From positions 1,140,001 to 1,172,000 of the forward strand of contig OW818675.1 of assembly GCA_942493095.1 (NCBI GenBank): a DNA stretch of 32,000 bases, in the 5' to 3' direction. The notes beneath the pieces are model-generated. The model was not told the origin of the DNA and made no database searches. It was given only the letters and a program-made list of their open reading frames with translations. Below are positions 25,048 through 32,000 of the stretch, in pieces (positions within the stretch are counted from its first letter, which is position 1; every line of letters begins with the position of its first letter). This DNA comes from Candidatus Electronema halotolerans. GTDB lineage: Bacteria > Desulfobacterota > Desulfobulbia > Desulfobulbales > Desulfobulbaceae. A program made the position numbers and the translations under genes.

Positions 25048-25611
25048 TTAGTTTGCGCCGCAGGCGGCAATCAGCCGCTCGTCTTCAGCCTGATTAAGGA
25101 GAATGGCCTGCGCCGGGCATTCACTTGCGCAGATGCCGCAGGCATGGCAGGCCGCCGGATCAATGTGCGCCACGCCGCTTTGATCAATCTGGGGAATCTC
25201 CCACGGGCAGACCCGGACGCAGGTCAGGCAGGAGACGCAGAGGTCGGGCTGCACTTGGGCGGCCTTGCCCTTATCCACCAGCTGGGCCTCTGTGACATAG
25301 CCTTTTTTCAGGGCCAACTGGCGCAGCACGGTCATGATGTCGGCAAAACCGACATTTTGCGGACAAACCGGCACGCAGCTCCGGCAGCCGGAGCAGTACC
25401 AGATCAGGTCGGAGGACAGCAATTGCTCCTCCATGCCCAGCCTGATTGTATGAATGATTTTACGGGGATCATAGGCAGGAACAGCCATGCTCACCGGGCA
25501 TGCGCCGGAACAGGCACCGCAGGCAAAGCAGGAATTCAGATGCCCGCCGCCGGGTTCAGCCGCCACCTCGGCACTGAAACCGGGGCTGGCTGCAAAGACG
25601 TGAAGAGACAT
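25048..25611 (-). CDS. HdrC-like protein with four [4Fe-4S] motifs
   Basis: Four CxxCxxCxxxCP motifs: CFACGACSGACP, CSGCRSCVPVCP, CVSCLTCVRVCP, CHACGICASECP. The first pair has HdrC-like spacing and the second is a classical 2x[4Fe-4S] ferredoxin. Confidence 0.7.
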   Translation of the reverse strand: MSLHVFAASPGFSAEVAAEPGGGHLNSCFACGACSGACPVSMAVPAYDPRKIIHTIRLGMEEQLLSSDLIWYCSGCRSCVPVCPQNVGFADIMTVLRQLALKKGYVTEAQLVDKGKAAQVQPDLCVSCLTCVRVCPWEIPQIDQSGVAHIDPAACHACGICASECPAQAILLNQAEDERLIAACGAN

Positions 25612-25780
25612 GCCGCCACCTTAAACAGTTATGGGTTTCTTTTGCAATATGGGAAGATCGGAAGTACGCATAAATACTCTATTGACCCGCTTTTGTCAAC
25701 AAGCAACCCTGTCAGGCCGCCGCCTTTGACTTCGCTCAGTCAGCTTGACAGGTTGCATCCGCAGTCAGAAGGCGGAAACA

Positions 25781-25803
25781 GGTGAGGGGTGAAGGGTGAA
25801 GGG
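25781..25803. repeat. Heptanucleotide tandem repeat (GGTGAGG GGTGAAG GGTGAAG GG)
   Basis: Direct reading. It is intergenic, between the terminator of the carbonic-anhydrase-like gene and the promoter region of the HdrC-like operon. The unit is the same as at 29516-29550. Confidence 0.9.
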
Positions 25804-25805
25804 AT

Positions 25806-25848
25806 AAAAAAAACAGGCTGGAGCGGCGGGGAAGACCGCTTCAGCCTG
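25806..25848 (-). terminator. Rho-independent terminator of the carbonic-anhydrase-like gene
   Basis: caggctggagcgg (25814-25826) pairs with ccgcttcagcctg (25836-25848), with one G-U pair. The plus-strand A-run at 25806-25813 is a U-tract on the minus strand. It lies 29 nt downstream of the stop at 25877. Confidence 0.7.
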
Positions 25849-25876
25849 CACGGAGGGGGCTTGGTTGGGACTGGAC

Positions 25877-26716
25877 TTACTTCATTTCAGACAGCAGCTT
25901 GGGGTCTGTGACTAATTTCCTCACGCCGTGCGCGTGATTTTCCTTGAACACGTTGCCTTCACACCATTTGCCAAGGCTGTTGATGTCAACTTTGGCGCAC
26001 TCAGGCCGGACGCTCCATGTGACCTGGAAAGGCGAGCACTGCTGGTTGTTGTATTTCGGGCCAGTGGTTGAGCCGAGGAATTCAACCGGATTGCCAGTGC
26101 CGCTTGGCAGGGTCTTGGCCTGATGCAGGCCATTGACCATGTTGCCGTCATAGACAAAGTCATTGAAGTTCAGAGCGGACGAGTCATTGACCACCAGAAA
26201 AACCTGTGACTCCACGCGCAGATTGGGGTTGGAGCAGCTTTCTGACAGGCAGGAGCCAAGGCCTTCGCCCGGCTTGACATCACAGGAACTGTACACCCAA
26301 TGCACCTCAATGGTGTCGCCCGGTTTCAGCCCATGACAGACCTCGCCTTTGGGCGGCTCCAGCTCCTTCTTGGTCAGCAGCGAGGTGGTGGTGCATTGGT
26401 AGCCGCCGCCGTGCCCTTCATGGCCTTCACCGGCATAGATGGCGAAATCTTTAGCTTTGTGCTCCGCATTGACATGAAAGTGAATGTTGCAGAGATTCAT
26501 GTCATTGTAACCGGGGGCGACAGAGAATACCCGCTTGTTTTCTCCAGCCTTGCTGTCAATGTCTCTTGGGGTCTGCGGTCCAAAGCCTTCGCATACGCCT
26601 TCTTCAGCAACTGGCGGTGCTTCCTTGTGAACAGGCTGCTCCTTTGCTGTGACCCAAGCGGAGAGGCCGAGGGAAAGGAAAATCGTCAGGATGCTGATGG
26701 ATTTTGTTGAATTCAT
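25877..26716 (-). CDS. Secreted carbonic-anhydrase-like protein (alpha/delta-type motif arrangement)
   Basis: Start ATG 26716 with AAGGAGGAA upstream and signal peptide MNSTKSISILTIFLSLGLSAWVTA. Alpha-CA-like landmarks occur in order: GPQTPRDID (QSPIDI-like), CNIHFHVNAEHK (HFH...EH), TIEVHWVY (ELHLVHW-like), VFLVVND, FLGSTTGP...CSPFQVTWSV (GSLTTPPC..V.W-like). The track ORF extends to 26911, but that N-terminus lacks an RBS and a signal peptide. Confidence 0.5.
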   Translation of the reverse strand: MNSTKSISILTIFLSLGLSAWVTAKEQPVHKEAPPVAEEGVCEGFGPQTPRDIDSKAGENKRVFSVAPGYNDMNLCNIHFHVNAEHKAKDFAIYAGEGHEGHGGGYQCTTTSLLTKKELEPPKGEVCHGLKPGDTIEVHWVYSSCDVKPGEGLGSCLSESCSNPNLRVESQVFLVVNDSSALNFNDFVYDGNMVNGLHQAKTLPSGTGNPVEFLGSTTGPKYNNQQCSPFQVTWSVRPECAKVDINSLGKWCEGNVFKENHAHGVRKLVTDPKLLSEMK

Positions 26717-26904
26717 GGGTGGTTCCTCCTTATTTTTCATTGCAGGTTGCGTGTCAGTTTTCAGCTTAGTGAGTTCATTGTACGGGTTCAGAATCGGAAA
26801 AGTCAATGCCCGCCCTTTTATTTTTTTGCAGGAGCTGTTTCGGAGTTCCTGCATCGGATTCATCACCCCAAGGCAACACTTTGGCTGTTTTGCAGAAATT
26901 ATGC

Positions 26905-26932
26905 TTGACAAACGGCCCGTTCGTTTTAATAT
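26905..26932 (+). promoter_or_regulatory. Near-consensus sigma70 promoter candidate
   Basis: TTGACA (26905-26910), 16 nt spacer, TAATAT (26927-26932), about 175 nt upstream of the ATG at 27109. Confidence 0.4.
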
Positions 26933-27108
26933 GATTCATAGTCAGTTGCGCTTTTAGTGAAAACAGCAGGTGTTCTATGAGCATGAGATACCTGAGAGAA
27001 ATCGAAGACAGCAGCAAAGTCGGCTCCGTTCAGCCTGACGCAATGCAGAAGAAATAGCCATCAGCGTCAATTTGACGTTGCAGGAATACTAAATCATCGG
27101 AGGATACA

Positions 27109-27522
27109 ATGGCAAGCGACGCAGAGAAAAAACATCTGAGTGATTTTATCTCGCTATCATCTTATGATGACAAGTATATTGACAGAGAAGAAGAAAGACG
27201 TATCCTTGAAGAAGGTATCAAGACAGGCGTGGATGTTGAAGAAGGAATAGCAATTCTACGTCAAGCTACACAAAACAAGGGCATAACTTTAGAGCGTGAC
27301 ATTGAAGAGGATACAATGGATATGTTGCAAACATTTGCCGAAGATGGGAAAATAGACAAAAAAGAATTTTTTGATGCTGTGGCAACGTATAAAAGAAAGT
27401 GTCAAAATCGAATTCCAGAGCCGGAAATCATAAGACGTGTCAAAAAAATGGTGCAGAATCAAGGATGGAAGGCCAAGGAAGGCGGGCTTTTTGGCTCTAA
27501 ATGGTTTTCTGAGATACAATAA
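27109..27522 (+). CDS. Hypothetical acidic cytoplasmic protein (137 aa), AT-rich
   Basis: ORF with GGAGGA 7 nt upstream (tcGGAGGatacaATG). Highly charged (DREEERRILEEGIKTGVDVEEG). I recognise no motif. Confidence 0.5.
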   Translation: MASDAEKKHLSDFISLSSYDDKYIDREEERRILEEGIKTGVDVEEGIAILRQATQNKGITLERDIEEDTMDMLQTFAEDGKIDKKEFFDAVATYKRKCQNRIPEPEIIRRVKKMVQNQGWKAKEGGLFGSKWFSEIQ

Positions 27523-27625
27523 ACGCAATCATTTACTTCATTGCCGATCACAAATCCAAGTTCTGTATCCTTGAAGGACAGCACAGAGATTGGACTGTAC
27601 ATCCAGTTTGAAATATAAAATCCAG

Positions 27626-27715
27626 ATGACTCCTGTCAGCAGCCTTCTCCTTCTTTCTCTTCTGCTTCCCCGACTGCGCAGCAGTGCCGGGGCTGAAGGA
27701 GGCATTTTGTTCTGA
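27626..27715 (+). CDS. Leucine-rich leader peptide (29 aa) of a leuA attenuator
   Basis: MTPVSSLLLLSLLLPRLRSSAGAEGGILF. Seven Leu codons fall in eight consecutive positions (ctt ctc ctt ctt tct ctt ctg ctt at 27644-27667). It is followed by a terminator hairpin and then leuA. Confidence 0.6.
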   Translation: MTPVSSLLLLSLLLPRLRSSAGAEGGILF

Positions 27716-27743
27716 CAGGACAGTAAACAAAAGCAATTCCAGC

Positions 27744-27778
27744 AGCCACGGTTCAGTGCATGAGCCGTGGCTTTTTTT
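27744..27778 (+). terminator. Attenuator / rho-independent terminator immediately upstream of leuA
   Basis: agccacgg (27744-27751) pairs perfectly with ccgtggct (27765-27772), followed by a 7-T run (27772-27778). It lies 30 nt before the leuA start. Confidence 0.7.
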
Positions 27779-27807
27779 ATGCACTATCTTGATATATGAG
27801 GAGAGCC

Positions 27808-29508
27808 ATGCAGGCTGAAAAATTACGCAAATACCGTCCCTGTTCAAGCGTGTCCCTGTCTGACCGGACGTGGCCGGACAAGCGCATCACCAGCGCGCCG
27901 GTCTGGTGTTCGGTTGATCTGCGCGACGGCAATCAAGCCCTGCCCCAGCCCATGAACATTGCCCAGAAGCTGCAGATGTTTGACATGCTTGTGGCGGTCG
28001 GGTTCAAGGAGATCGAGGTTGGCTTTCCAGCAGCCTCCAAGATTGAGCACGACTTCCTCCGCCTGCTGATCGACGAGGGCCGCATTCCCGATGATGTGAC
28101 TGTCCAAGTGCTGACTCAGGCCCGCGAGCCGCTGATCCGCAAGACCTTTGCCGCCCTGCGCGGGGCAAAGAAGGCCATTGTCCATCTTTACAACTCGACC
28201 TCGACCTTGCAGCGGCAGGTGGTCTTCAAGATGAGCCGCAAGGATATCATGGCTCTGGGCGTGGAAGGGGCGCAAGTCATCCGTGAGGAAGCGGAACGCT
28301 TTGCCGGTGATATTCGCTATGAATACTCGCCAGAGAGCTTCACCGGCACAGAGTTGGACTTTGCCTTGGAAATCTGCGAGGCTGTGGCCGCAGTCTGGGA
28401 GCCGACCCCGGAACGGCCTGTGATCCTCAATCTGCCCGCAACGGTGGAAATGTCAACTCCCAACATCTATGCGGATCAGATAGAGTGGTTCATCCGCAAC
28501 ATGAAGCAGCGTGACTGCGCCTTGATCAGTCTTCATGCCCATAATGACCGGGGCTGCGCTGTGGCCGCCACTGAGCTGGCCCTGATGGCCGGAGCCGACC
28601 GGGTTGAAGGCACCCTGTTCGGCAATGGCGAGCGCACCGGCAATGTTGACCTGCTCACCGTGGCCTTGAACCTGTTCAGCCAAGGGGTTGATCCAAATCT
28701 GGATTTCTCGGACATCAACAAGGTGGCTGACATTTATAAACGCTGCACCGGCCTGCCCGTGCATCCCCGCCATCCTTATGTCGGCGAGCTGGTTTACACT
28801 GCTTTTTCCGGCTCGCATCAGGACGCGATCAGCAAAGGCATGGAAGCGGCAGAGGCGGACAAGTCCGGTCTCTGGGCTGTGCCCTATTTGCCTATTGATC
28901 CGCAGGATGTGGGCCGCACCTACGAAAAAATCATCTGCATCAACAGCCAGTCCGGCAAGGGCGGGGCCGCCTACATCATGAGCCGCGAGTTTGGCTACAC
29001 GCTGCCCAAGAAGATGCAGCCCGGTTTTGGCCGGGTGGTGCAGGAAGAAACCGAACGGGTCGGCAGCGAACTGCCCGTCGGGGCGGTTTTTGCCGTCTTT
29101 GAGGGGGAATACCTGCTCCAGCAGAAAGGCGGTTGCTGGCTCAAACAGTTTCATGTCCGCAAGCGGCATATTGATGAGCAGGAGGAAGATTCTATGGCGG
29201 AGATAGAAGCCTTGCTCACGATTGACGGGCAGGAGCTGCATTTGCAGGCCACAGGCAACGGGCCGCTGGATGCCTTCTGCGCGGCCCTGAAAAAGGATGC
29301 GGGCTTGGATTTTGACCTGATCTCCTATCATGAGCACGCCCTGACCGAAAGCTCGTCCGCCAAGGCTGTCACCTATATCGAGGTCATGGACAAGCGGCCT
29401 GACGGCACTGGCGAGGGCTGGTGGGGCGCAGGCGTGGATACGGACATCATCATCTCTTCGATCAAGGCGCTCCTCAGCGCTGTCAACCGGATGCGGGCGG
29501 GACGGTGA
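27808..29508 (+). CDS. leuA: 2-isopropylmalate synthase, long form
   Basis: ATG 27808 is preceded by GAGGAG. APVWCSVDLRDGNQALPQPM...EIEVGFPAAS...SLHAHNDRGCAVAATELALMAGADRVEGTLFGNGERTGN plus the C-terminal regulatory domain are the LeuA hallmark motifs. Confidence 0.9.
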   Translation: MQAEKLRKYRPCSSVSLSDRTWPDKRITSAPVWCSVDLRDGNQALPQPMNIAQKLQMFDMLVAVGFKEIEVGFPAASKIEHDFLRLLIDEGRIPDDVTVQVLTQAREPLIRKTFAALRGAKKAIVHLYNSTSTLQRQVVFKMSRKDIMALGVEGAQVIREEAERFAGDIRYEYSPESFTGTELDFALEICEAVAAVWEPTPERPVILNLPATVEMSTPNIYADQIEWFIRNMKQRDCALISLHAHNDRGCAVAATELALMAGADRVEGTLFGNGERTGNVDLLTVALNLFSQGVDPNLDFSDINKVADIYKRCTGLPVHPRHPYVGELVYTAFSGSHQDAISKGMEAAEADKSGLWAVPYLPIDPQDVGRTYEKIICINSQSGKGGAAYIMSREFGYTLPKKMQPGFGRVVQEETERVGSELPVGAVFAVFEGEYLLQQKGGCWLKQFHVRKRHIDEQEEDSMAEIEALLTIDGQELHLQATGNGPLDAFCAALKKDAGLDFDLISYHEHALTESSSAKAVTYIEVMDKRPDGTGEGWWGAGVDTDIIISSIKALLSAVNRMRAGR

Positions 29509-29515
29509 ACGAAGA

Positions 29516-29550
29516 GTGAAGGGTGAAGGTCGAAGGGTGAAGGGTGAAGA
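29516..29550. repeat. Heptanucleotide tandem repeat, five copies (GTGAAGG GTGAAGG TCGAAGG GTGAAGG GTGAAGA)
   Basis: Direct reading. It starts 8 nt after the leuA stop codon, and degenerate copies (ggtgaac gaag) overlap the stop at 29504-29515. Confidence 0.9.
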
Positions 29551-29663
29551 AATTGCCCGGCCTCTGGGTGTTTCTCCTTAGAAAATGAGGCGAACGCCTT
29601 ATTGTCCGGGCAAGGGCATATCAAGTATAGTGGCAGAAAAAATTTTTCTGATTCTGAGAGCTG

Positions 29664-30290
29664 ATGCAAACCATCTGGGAAATCATTCAGAGCGGCGGCC
29701 CGGTCATGTGGCCGCTGCTGGCCTGTTCGGTCATTGTTCTGACCATCATCATTGAGCGCACCCTGTTCTGGCTCGGCCTTGCCTGGCGGCGCAACCGGCC
29801 CTTGCGGGACGAAATCCTGCGCTTGGCCCAGCGCGGCGACTGGGAGCAGATCGAGGAGAAAATCGACGGCTGCCCTGACCCGGTGGTGCGGGTGCTCCAG
29901 GTCGGCATTCTTCATCGTGACTACGACATGGGCAAGGCGATGGAGGATGAGGCCCAGCAGATCGTCAAGAAGATGTCGCAGTTCATGCCAGTGCTGGACA
30001 CCATGATCACGGTCGCGCCCATGCTCGGCATTCTCGGCACAGTCACCGGCATCATCTCGGCCTTCAGGATGCTGGGCATGAGCAGCGCGCCAGACCCGCG
30101 TTTGGTCACCGGCGGCATTGCCGAGGCCCTGCTCACCACGGCTGCCGGGCTGATCATCTCGATCACCACGGTTTTTCCCTACAACTACTTCAAAAGCCGA
30201 ATTGAGCATGCCATCCATTTCATGGAGAAGTACGCGACCCGCCTTGAGGTCGGCTGCCGGAAAAATCAGGCTCAGGAGCAGATGCGATGA
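29664..30290 (+). CDS. exbB: MotA/TolQ/ExbB family proton-channel protein
   Basis: MQTIWEIIQSGGPVMWPLLACSVIVLTIIIER...APMLGILGTVTGIISAF...GGIAEALLTTAAGLII is the ExbB/TolQ signature. Its stop overlaps the exbD start (ATGA). Confidence 0.85.
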   Translation: MQTIWEIIQSGGPVMWPLLACSVIVLTIIIERTLFWLGLAWRRNRPLRDEILRLAQRGDWEQIEEKIDGCPDPVVRVLQVGILHRDYDMGKAMEDEAQQIVKKMSQFMPVLDTMITVAPMLGILGTVTGIISAFRMLGMSSAPDPRLVTGGIAEALLTTAAGLIISITTVFPYNYFKSRIEHAIHFMEKYATRLEVGCRKNQAQEQMR

Positions 30291-30721
30291 AGCTGTCGAA
30301 AAAGCGCATTCCCCCGGTGCGGATGGAGATGACTCCGCTCATGGACTGTGTTTTTCTTCTCCTTGTCTTTTTTGTCTATGCCATGCTGTCCATGGCCGTG
30401 CATCACGGCAAGCAGGTCGATTTGCCGCAGTCGGGCAGCGCCGCCTTGGAGATGCAGGAGGCGGTCAGCATCACGATTGAGAACGCCAAGGACGGGCTGA
30501 AGATTACTGTGGATGACGGCAAGCCGTGCAGCTTGGCTGAACTGGAGCAGCTCCTGCGGGAGAAGAAGGACAAGGCTAAGGCGGGCAAGGAGCCTGATCT
30601 GCAAATTTTTGCCGACAAGACTGTGCCCTACCAGAATCTCTACAATGTGCTGGACAGCATCACCAAGGCTGGTCTGTCCCGCATCTCCCTCCAAGCCAAA
30701 TTAGAGCGGAGCGGGCCGTGA
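30287..30721 (+). CDS. exbD: ExbD/TolR family biopolymer transport protein
   Basis: MEMTPLMDCVFLLLVFF plus the periplasmic domain (ITIENAKDG...IFADKTVPYQNLYNVLDSITKAG). Start and stop codons overlap its neighbours, suggesting translational coupling. Confidence 0.85.
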   Translation: MKLSKKRIPPVRMEMTPLMDCVFLLLVFFVYAMLSMAVHHGKQVDLPQSGSAALEMQEAVSITIENAKDGLKITVDDGKPCSLAELEQLLREKKDKAKAGKEPDLQIFADKTVPYQNLYNVLDSITKAGLSRISLQAKLERSGP

Positions 30722-31881
30722 ACGAGGCAATGCAGCGGCTGCTGCCCGCCTGGCTGCTGACCTTGGCCGTGCATGGCCTGTTTCTGAACTGGCGGCTGGA
30801 ATACAAACCGATCAAACTGCCAGAGCCGGAGAAAATCTCCGTGACCCTGCGGCAGCCTCCTCCTCCCCCGCCGCCGCAGCAGAAAATCACCAAGAAGCTG
30901 CCGCCGCCGCCGGAGTTGCAGCCGGTCGAACGGCAGCCGCTGGAGACCCTGCCGCCGCCGCAGCAAAAAATTCTCAAACCGGTTCGCAAGATACCGGCAG
31001 TCAGGCCAGTGCAGCGCAAGCCTTTGGCCAAGCTGCCGCCGCCGCAACGACGGATTGCCCGCCGCCTGCCGCCGCCGATGGCGGCTCCTGCTGCGCCGAA
31101 CTTGCAGCCTTTAGCGACCCTGCCGCCAGCGCAGCGAAAAATCTCCCGCCAACTGCCTAAACTGCCTGTTGAAGCTCTGGCGACGCAACCGCTGCCCATG
31201 CCGTTGCCAACCCTGCCCCCGGGACCGGAGCCTGTCTGGGAGGAGGTTGTGGAAGAGGCTGTGCCGGAAGAGGTTGTTGAGGAACAGTTGTACGAGGAGG
31301 TCATTCCAGAGAATGTGATTGTTGAGGAAATTCAGCCGCAGCAGGAAGTCTTTGAAGAGGTTGTCTGGGAAGAGCCGGTTGCGCCGCCGACCAGACAGCG
31401 GCGTGCGCGGCAGATTGTTGAGGAAATTCAGCCGCAGCGGCAAGTCTGGGAGGAGCCGGTCAGGCAGGTCAGACGGCAGCCGACCCAGATGCCGCGCCGC
31501 GCCAGAACGCGGTCGGCAAATTATGCGCCGCAGCCGAGCCGGTCAAGCAGCAGCAGAAATTATGAGCAGCGGGCGGCATCCTCTTCCTCTTCTTACGGCT
31601 CAGGCGACAGGGAGGCTGCGCCGCGCTATGACATCAACCCGCGCCCGTCATATCCGATTCAGGCCCGGCGGCGCGGCTTGCAGGGCACGGTCATGCTTAA
31701 AGTGTTAGTTGATGCCAGCGGCAGTGTGGCTGATGTCCGCCTCGCAGGCAGCAGCGGCCACGGCATTCTTGACCGGGCGGCAATGAACTCGGTGCGCAGC
31801 TGGAGTTTCACGCCTGGCACGTCCGGCGGACGGCCACAGCAGATGTGGGTCATGGTGCCGGTGCGCTTTGCCCTGAATTGA
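30718..31881 (+). CDS. tonB: TonB family energy transducer with a long repetitive Pro-rich/acidic linker
   Basis: N-terminal TM helix LLPAWLLTLAVHGLFL. Pro-rich repeats (QQKITKKLPPPPELQP, QQKILKPVRKIP, QRKPLAKLPPPQRRIARRLPPP). C-terminal TonB domain PRPSYPIQARRRGLQGTVMLKVLVDASGSVADVRLAGSSGHGILDRAAMNSVRSWSFTPG. The GTG 30718 start overlaps the exbD stop; ATG 30730 is an alternative. Confidence 0.85.
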   Translation: MNEAMQRLLPAWLLTLAVHGLFLNWRLEYKPIKLPEPEKISVTLRQPPPPPPPQQKITKKLPPPPELQPVERQPLETLPPPQQKILKPVRKIPAVRPVQRKPLAKLPPPQRRIARRLPPPMAAPAAPNLQPLATLPPAQRKISRQLPKLPVEALATQPLPMPLPTLPPGPEPVWEEVVEEAVPEEVVEEQLYEEVIPENVIVEEIQPQQEVFEEVVWEEPVAPPTRQRRARQIVEEIQPQRQVWEEPVRQVRRQPTQMPRRARTRSANYAPQPSRSSSSRNYEQRAASSSSSYGSGDREAAPRYDINPRPSYPIQARRRGLQGTVMLKVLVDASGSVADVRLAGSSGHGILDRAAMNSVRSWSFTPGTSGGRPQQMWVMVPVRFALN

Positions 31882-32000
31882 ATCCGGCTCTCCTCCCCTT
31901 CTCCGCCTTCCTGTTTTTTTGGACGGAATGCGTTCCCGCCGCCGCCGCAAAAATCCCTCTGGAATCAGGCCGCAGTTTGCGCCTGGCAGGCCCGGTTGCG

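Noticed and set aside
25144-25785. 213-aa plus-strand ORF
   Set aside because: It is antisense to the HdrC-like gene, whose four CxxCxxCxxxCP motifs make the minus-strand reading certain.
26717-26911. N-terminal 65-aa extension of the carbonic-anhydrase-like ORF as given in the track
   Set aside because: The internal ATG at 26716 has a strong AAGGAGGAA RBS and begins a typical signal peptide. The extension lacks both and runs through AT-rich promoter-like sequence.
25781-29550. Heptamer arrays considered as CRISPR-like or as coding repeats
   Set aside because: The units are only 7 bp with no spacers, so they are not CRISPR. They lie outside ORFs (only degenerate copies touch the leuA stop codon). 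I kept them as simple tandem repeats.
29634-29650. A/T palindrome CAGAAAAAATTTTTCTG upstream of exbB considered as a Fur box
   Set aside because: It does not resemble the GATAATGATAATCATTATC consensus beyond being AT-rich and symmetric. There is no supporting evidence.
28453-30218. Minus-strand ORFs of 294 aa (28453-29337) and 281 aa (29373-30218)
   Set aside because: They are antisense to leuA and exbB respectively, both of which have strong family signatures on the plus strand.
30660-31304. 214-aa Gly/Cys/Arg-rich minus-strand ORF
   Set aside because: It is the mirror image of the Pro-rich TonB linker (CCG/CCN repeats read as GGN on the other strand) and is not an independent gene.

Overview
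This is a GC-rich bacterial chromosomal window (flanks about 55-60% GC by eye, not computed) with several AT-rich patches. Gene content (MvhD, an HdrC-like ferredoxin and a MetV-like protein in one operon, ExbB-ExbD-TonB, long-form LeuA) suggests an anaerobic Desulfobacterota-like host, but that is inference only.

Left edge (1-4642, minus strand): the 5' part of a large NRPS gene, with an A domain interrupted by a methyltransferase, then PCP, C and the start of a second A domain. It is missing from the supplied ORF track because it runs off the window.

Most interesting locus (4877-22387, all plus strand), diverging from the NRPS:
- a DUF697-like membrane protein;
- three paralogous short peptides that share a Lys-rich N-terminus and an (L/I)-x-V-(K/R)-S-N-(V/I)-K-A-G motif; the third (36 aa, 6055-6165) is not in the ORF track;
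- an AT-rich block encoding a radical SAM/SPASM enzyme with an unexplained N-terminal extension of about 215 aa, a membrane-anchored orphan periplasmic-binding-fold protein, a Met/Gln-rich secreted protein and a Cys-rich secreted protein;
- a tightly packed gene string: miniature HlyD, elongated C39-peptidase ABC exporter (PCAT), two P1B-like P-type ATPases lacking CPx and metal-binding domains, and a DUF481-like outer-membrane barrel;
- a cytosolic-type sulfotransferase and a third ATPase paralogue.

I read this as a candidate uncharacterised RiPP-like modification and export system unusually coupled to orphan P-type ATPases.

Right part:
- a minus-strand redox operon (HdrC-like ferredoxin, MvhD, MetV-like, half-size TauE, DUF362);
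- a secreted carbonic-anhydrase-like protein;
- an AT-rich orphan gene;
- leuA preceded by a Leu-rich leader peptide plus terminator (classic attenuator architecture);
- exbB-exbD-tonB.

Short heptanucleotide tandem arrays occur in three intergenic spots. I recognised no rRNA, tRNA, CRISPR array, transposase or integrase.
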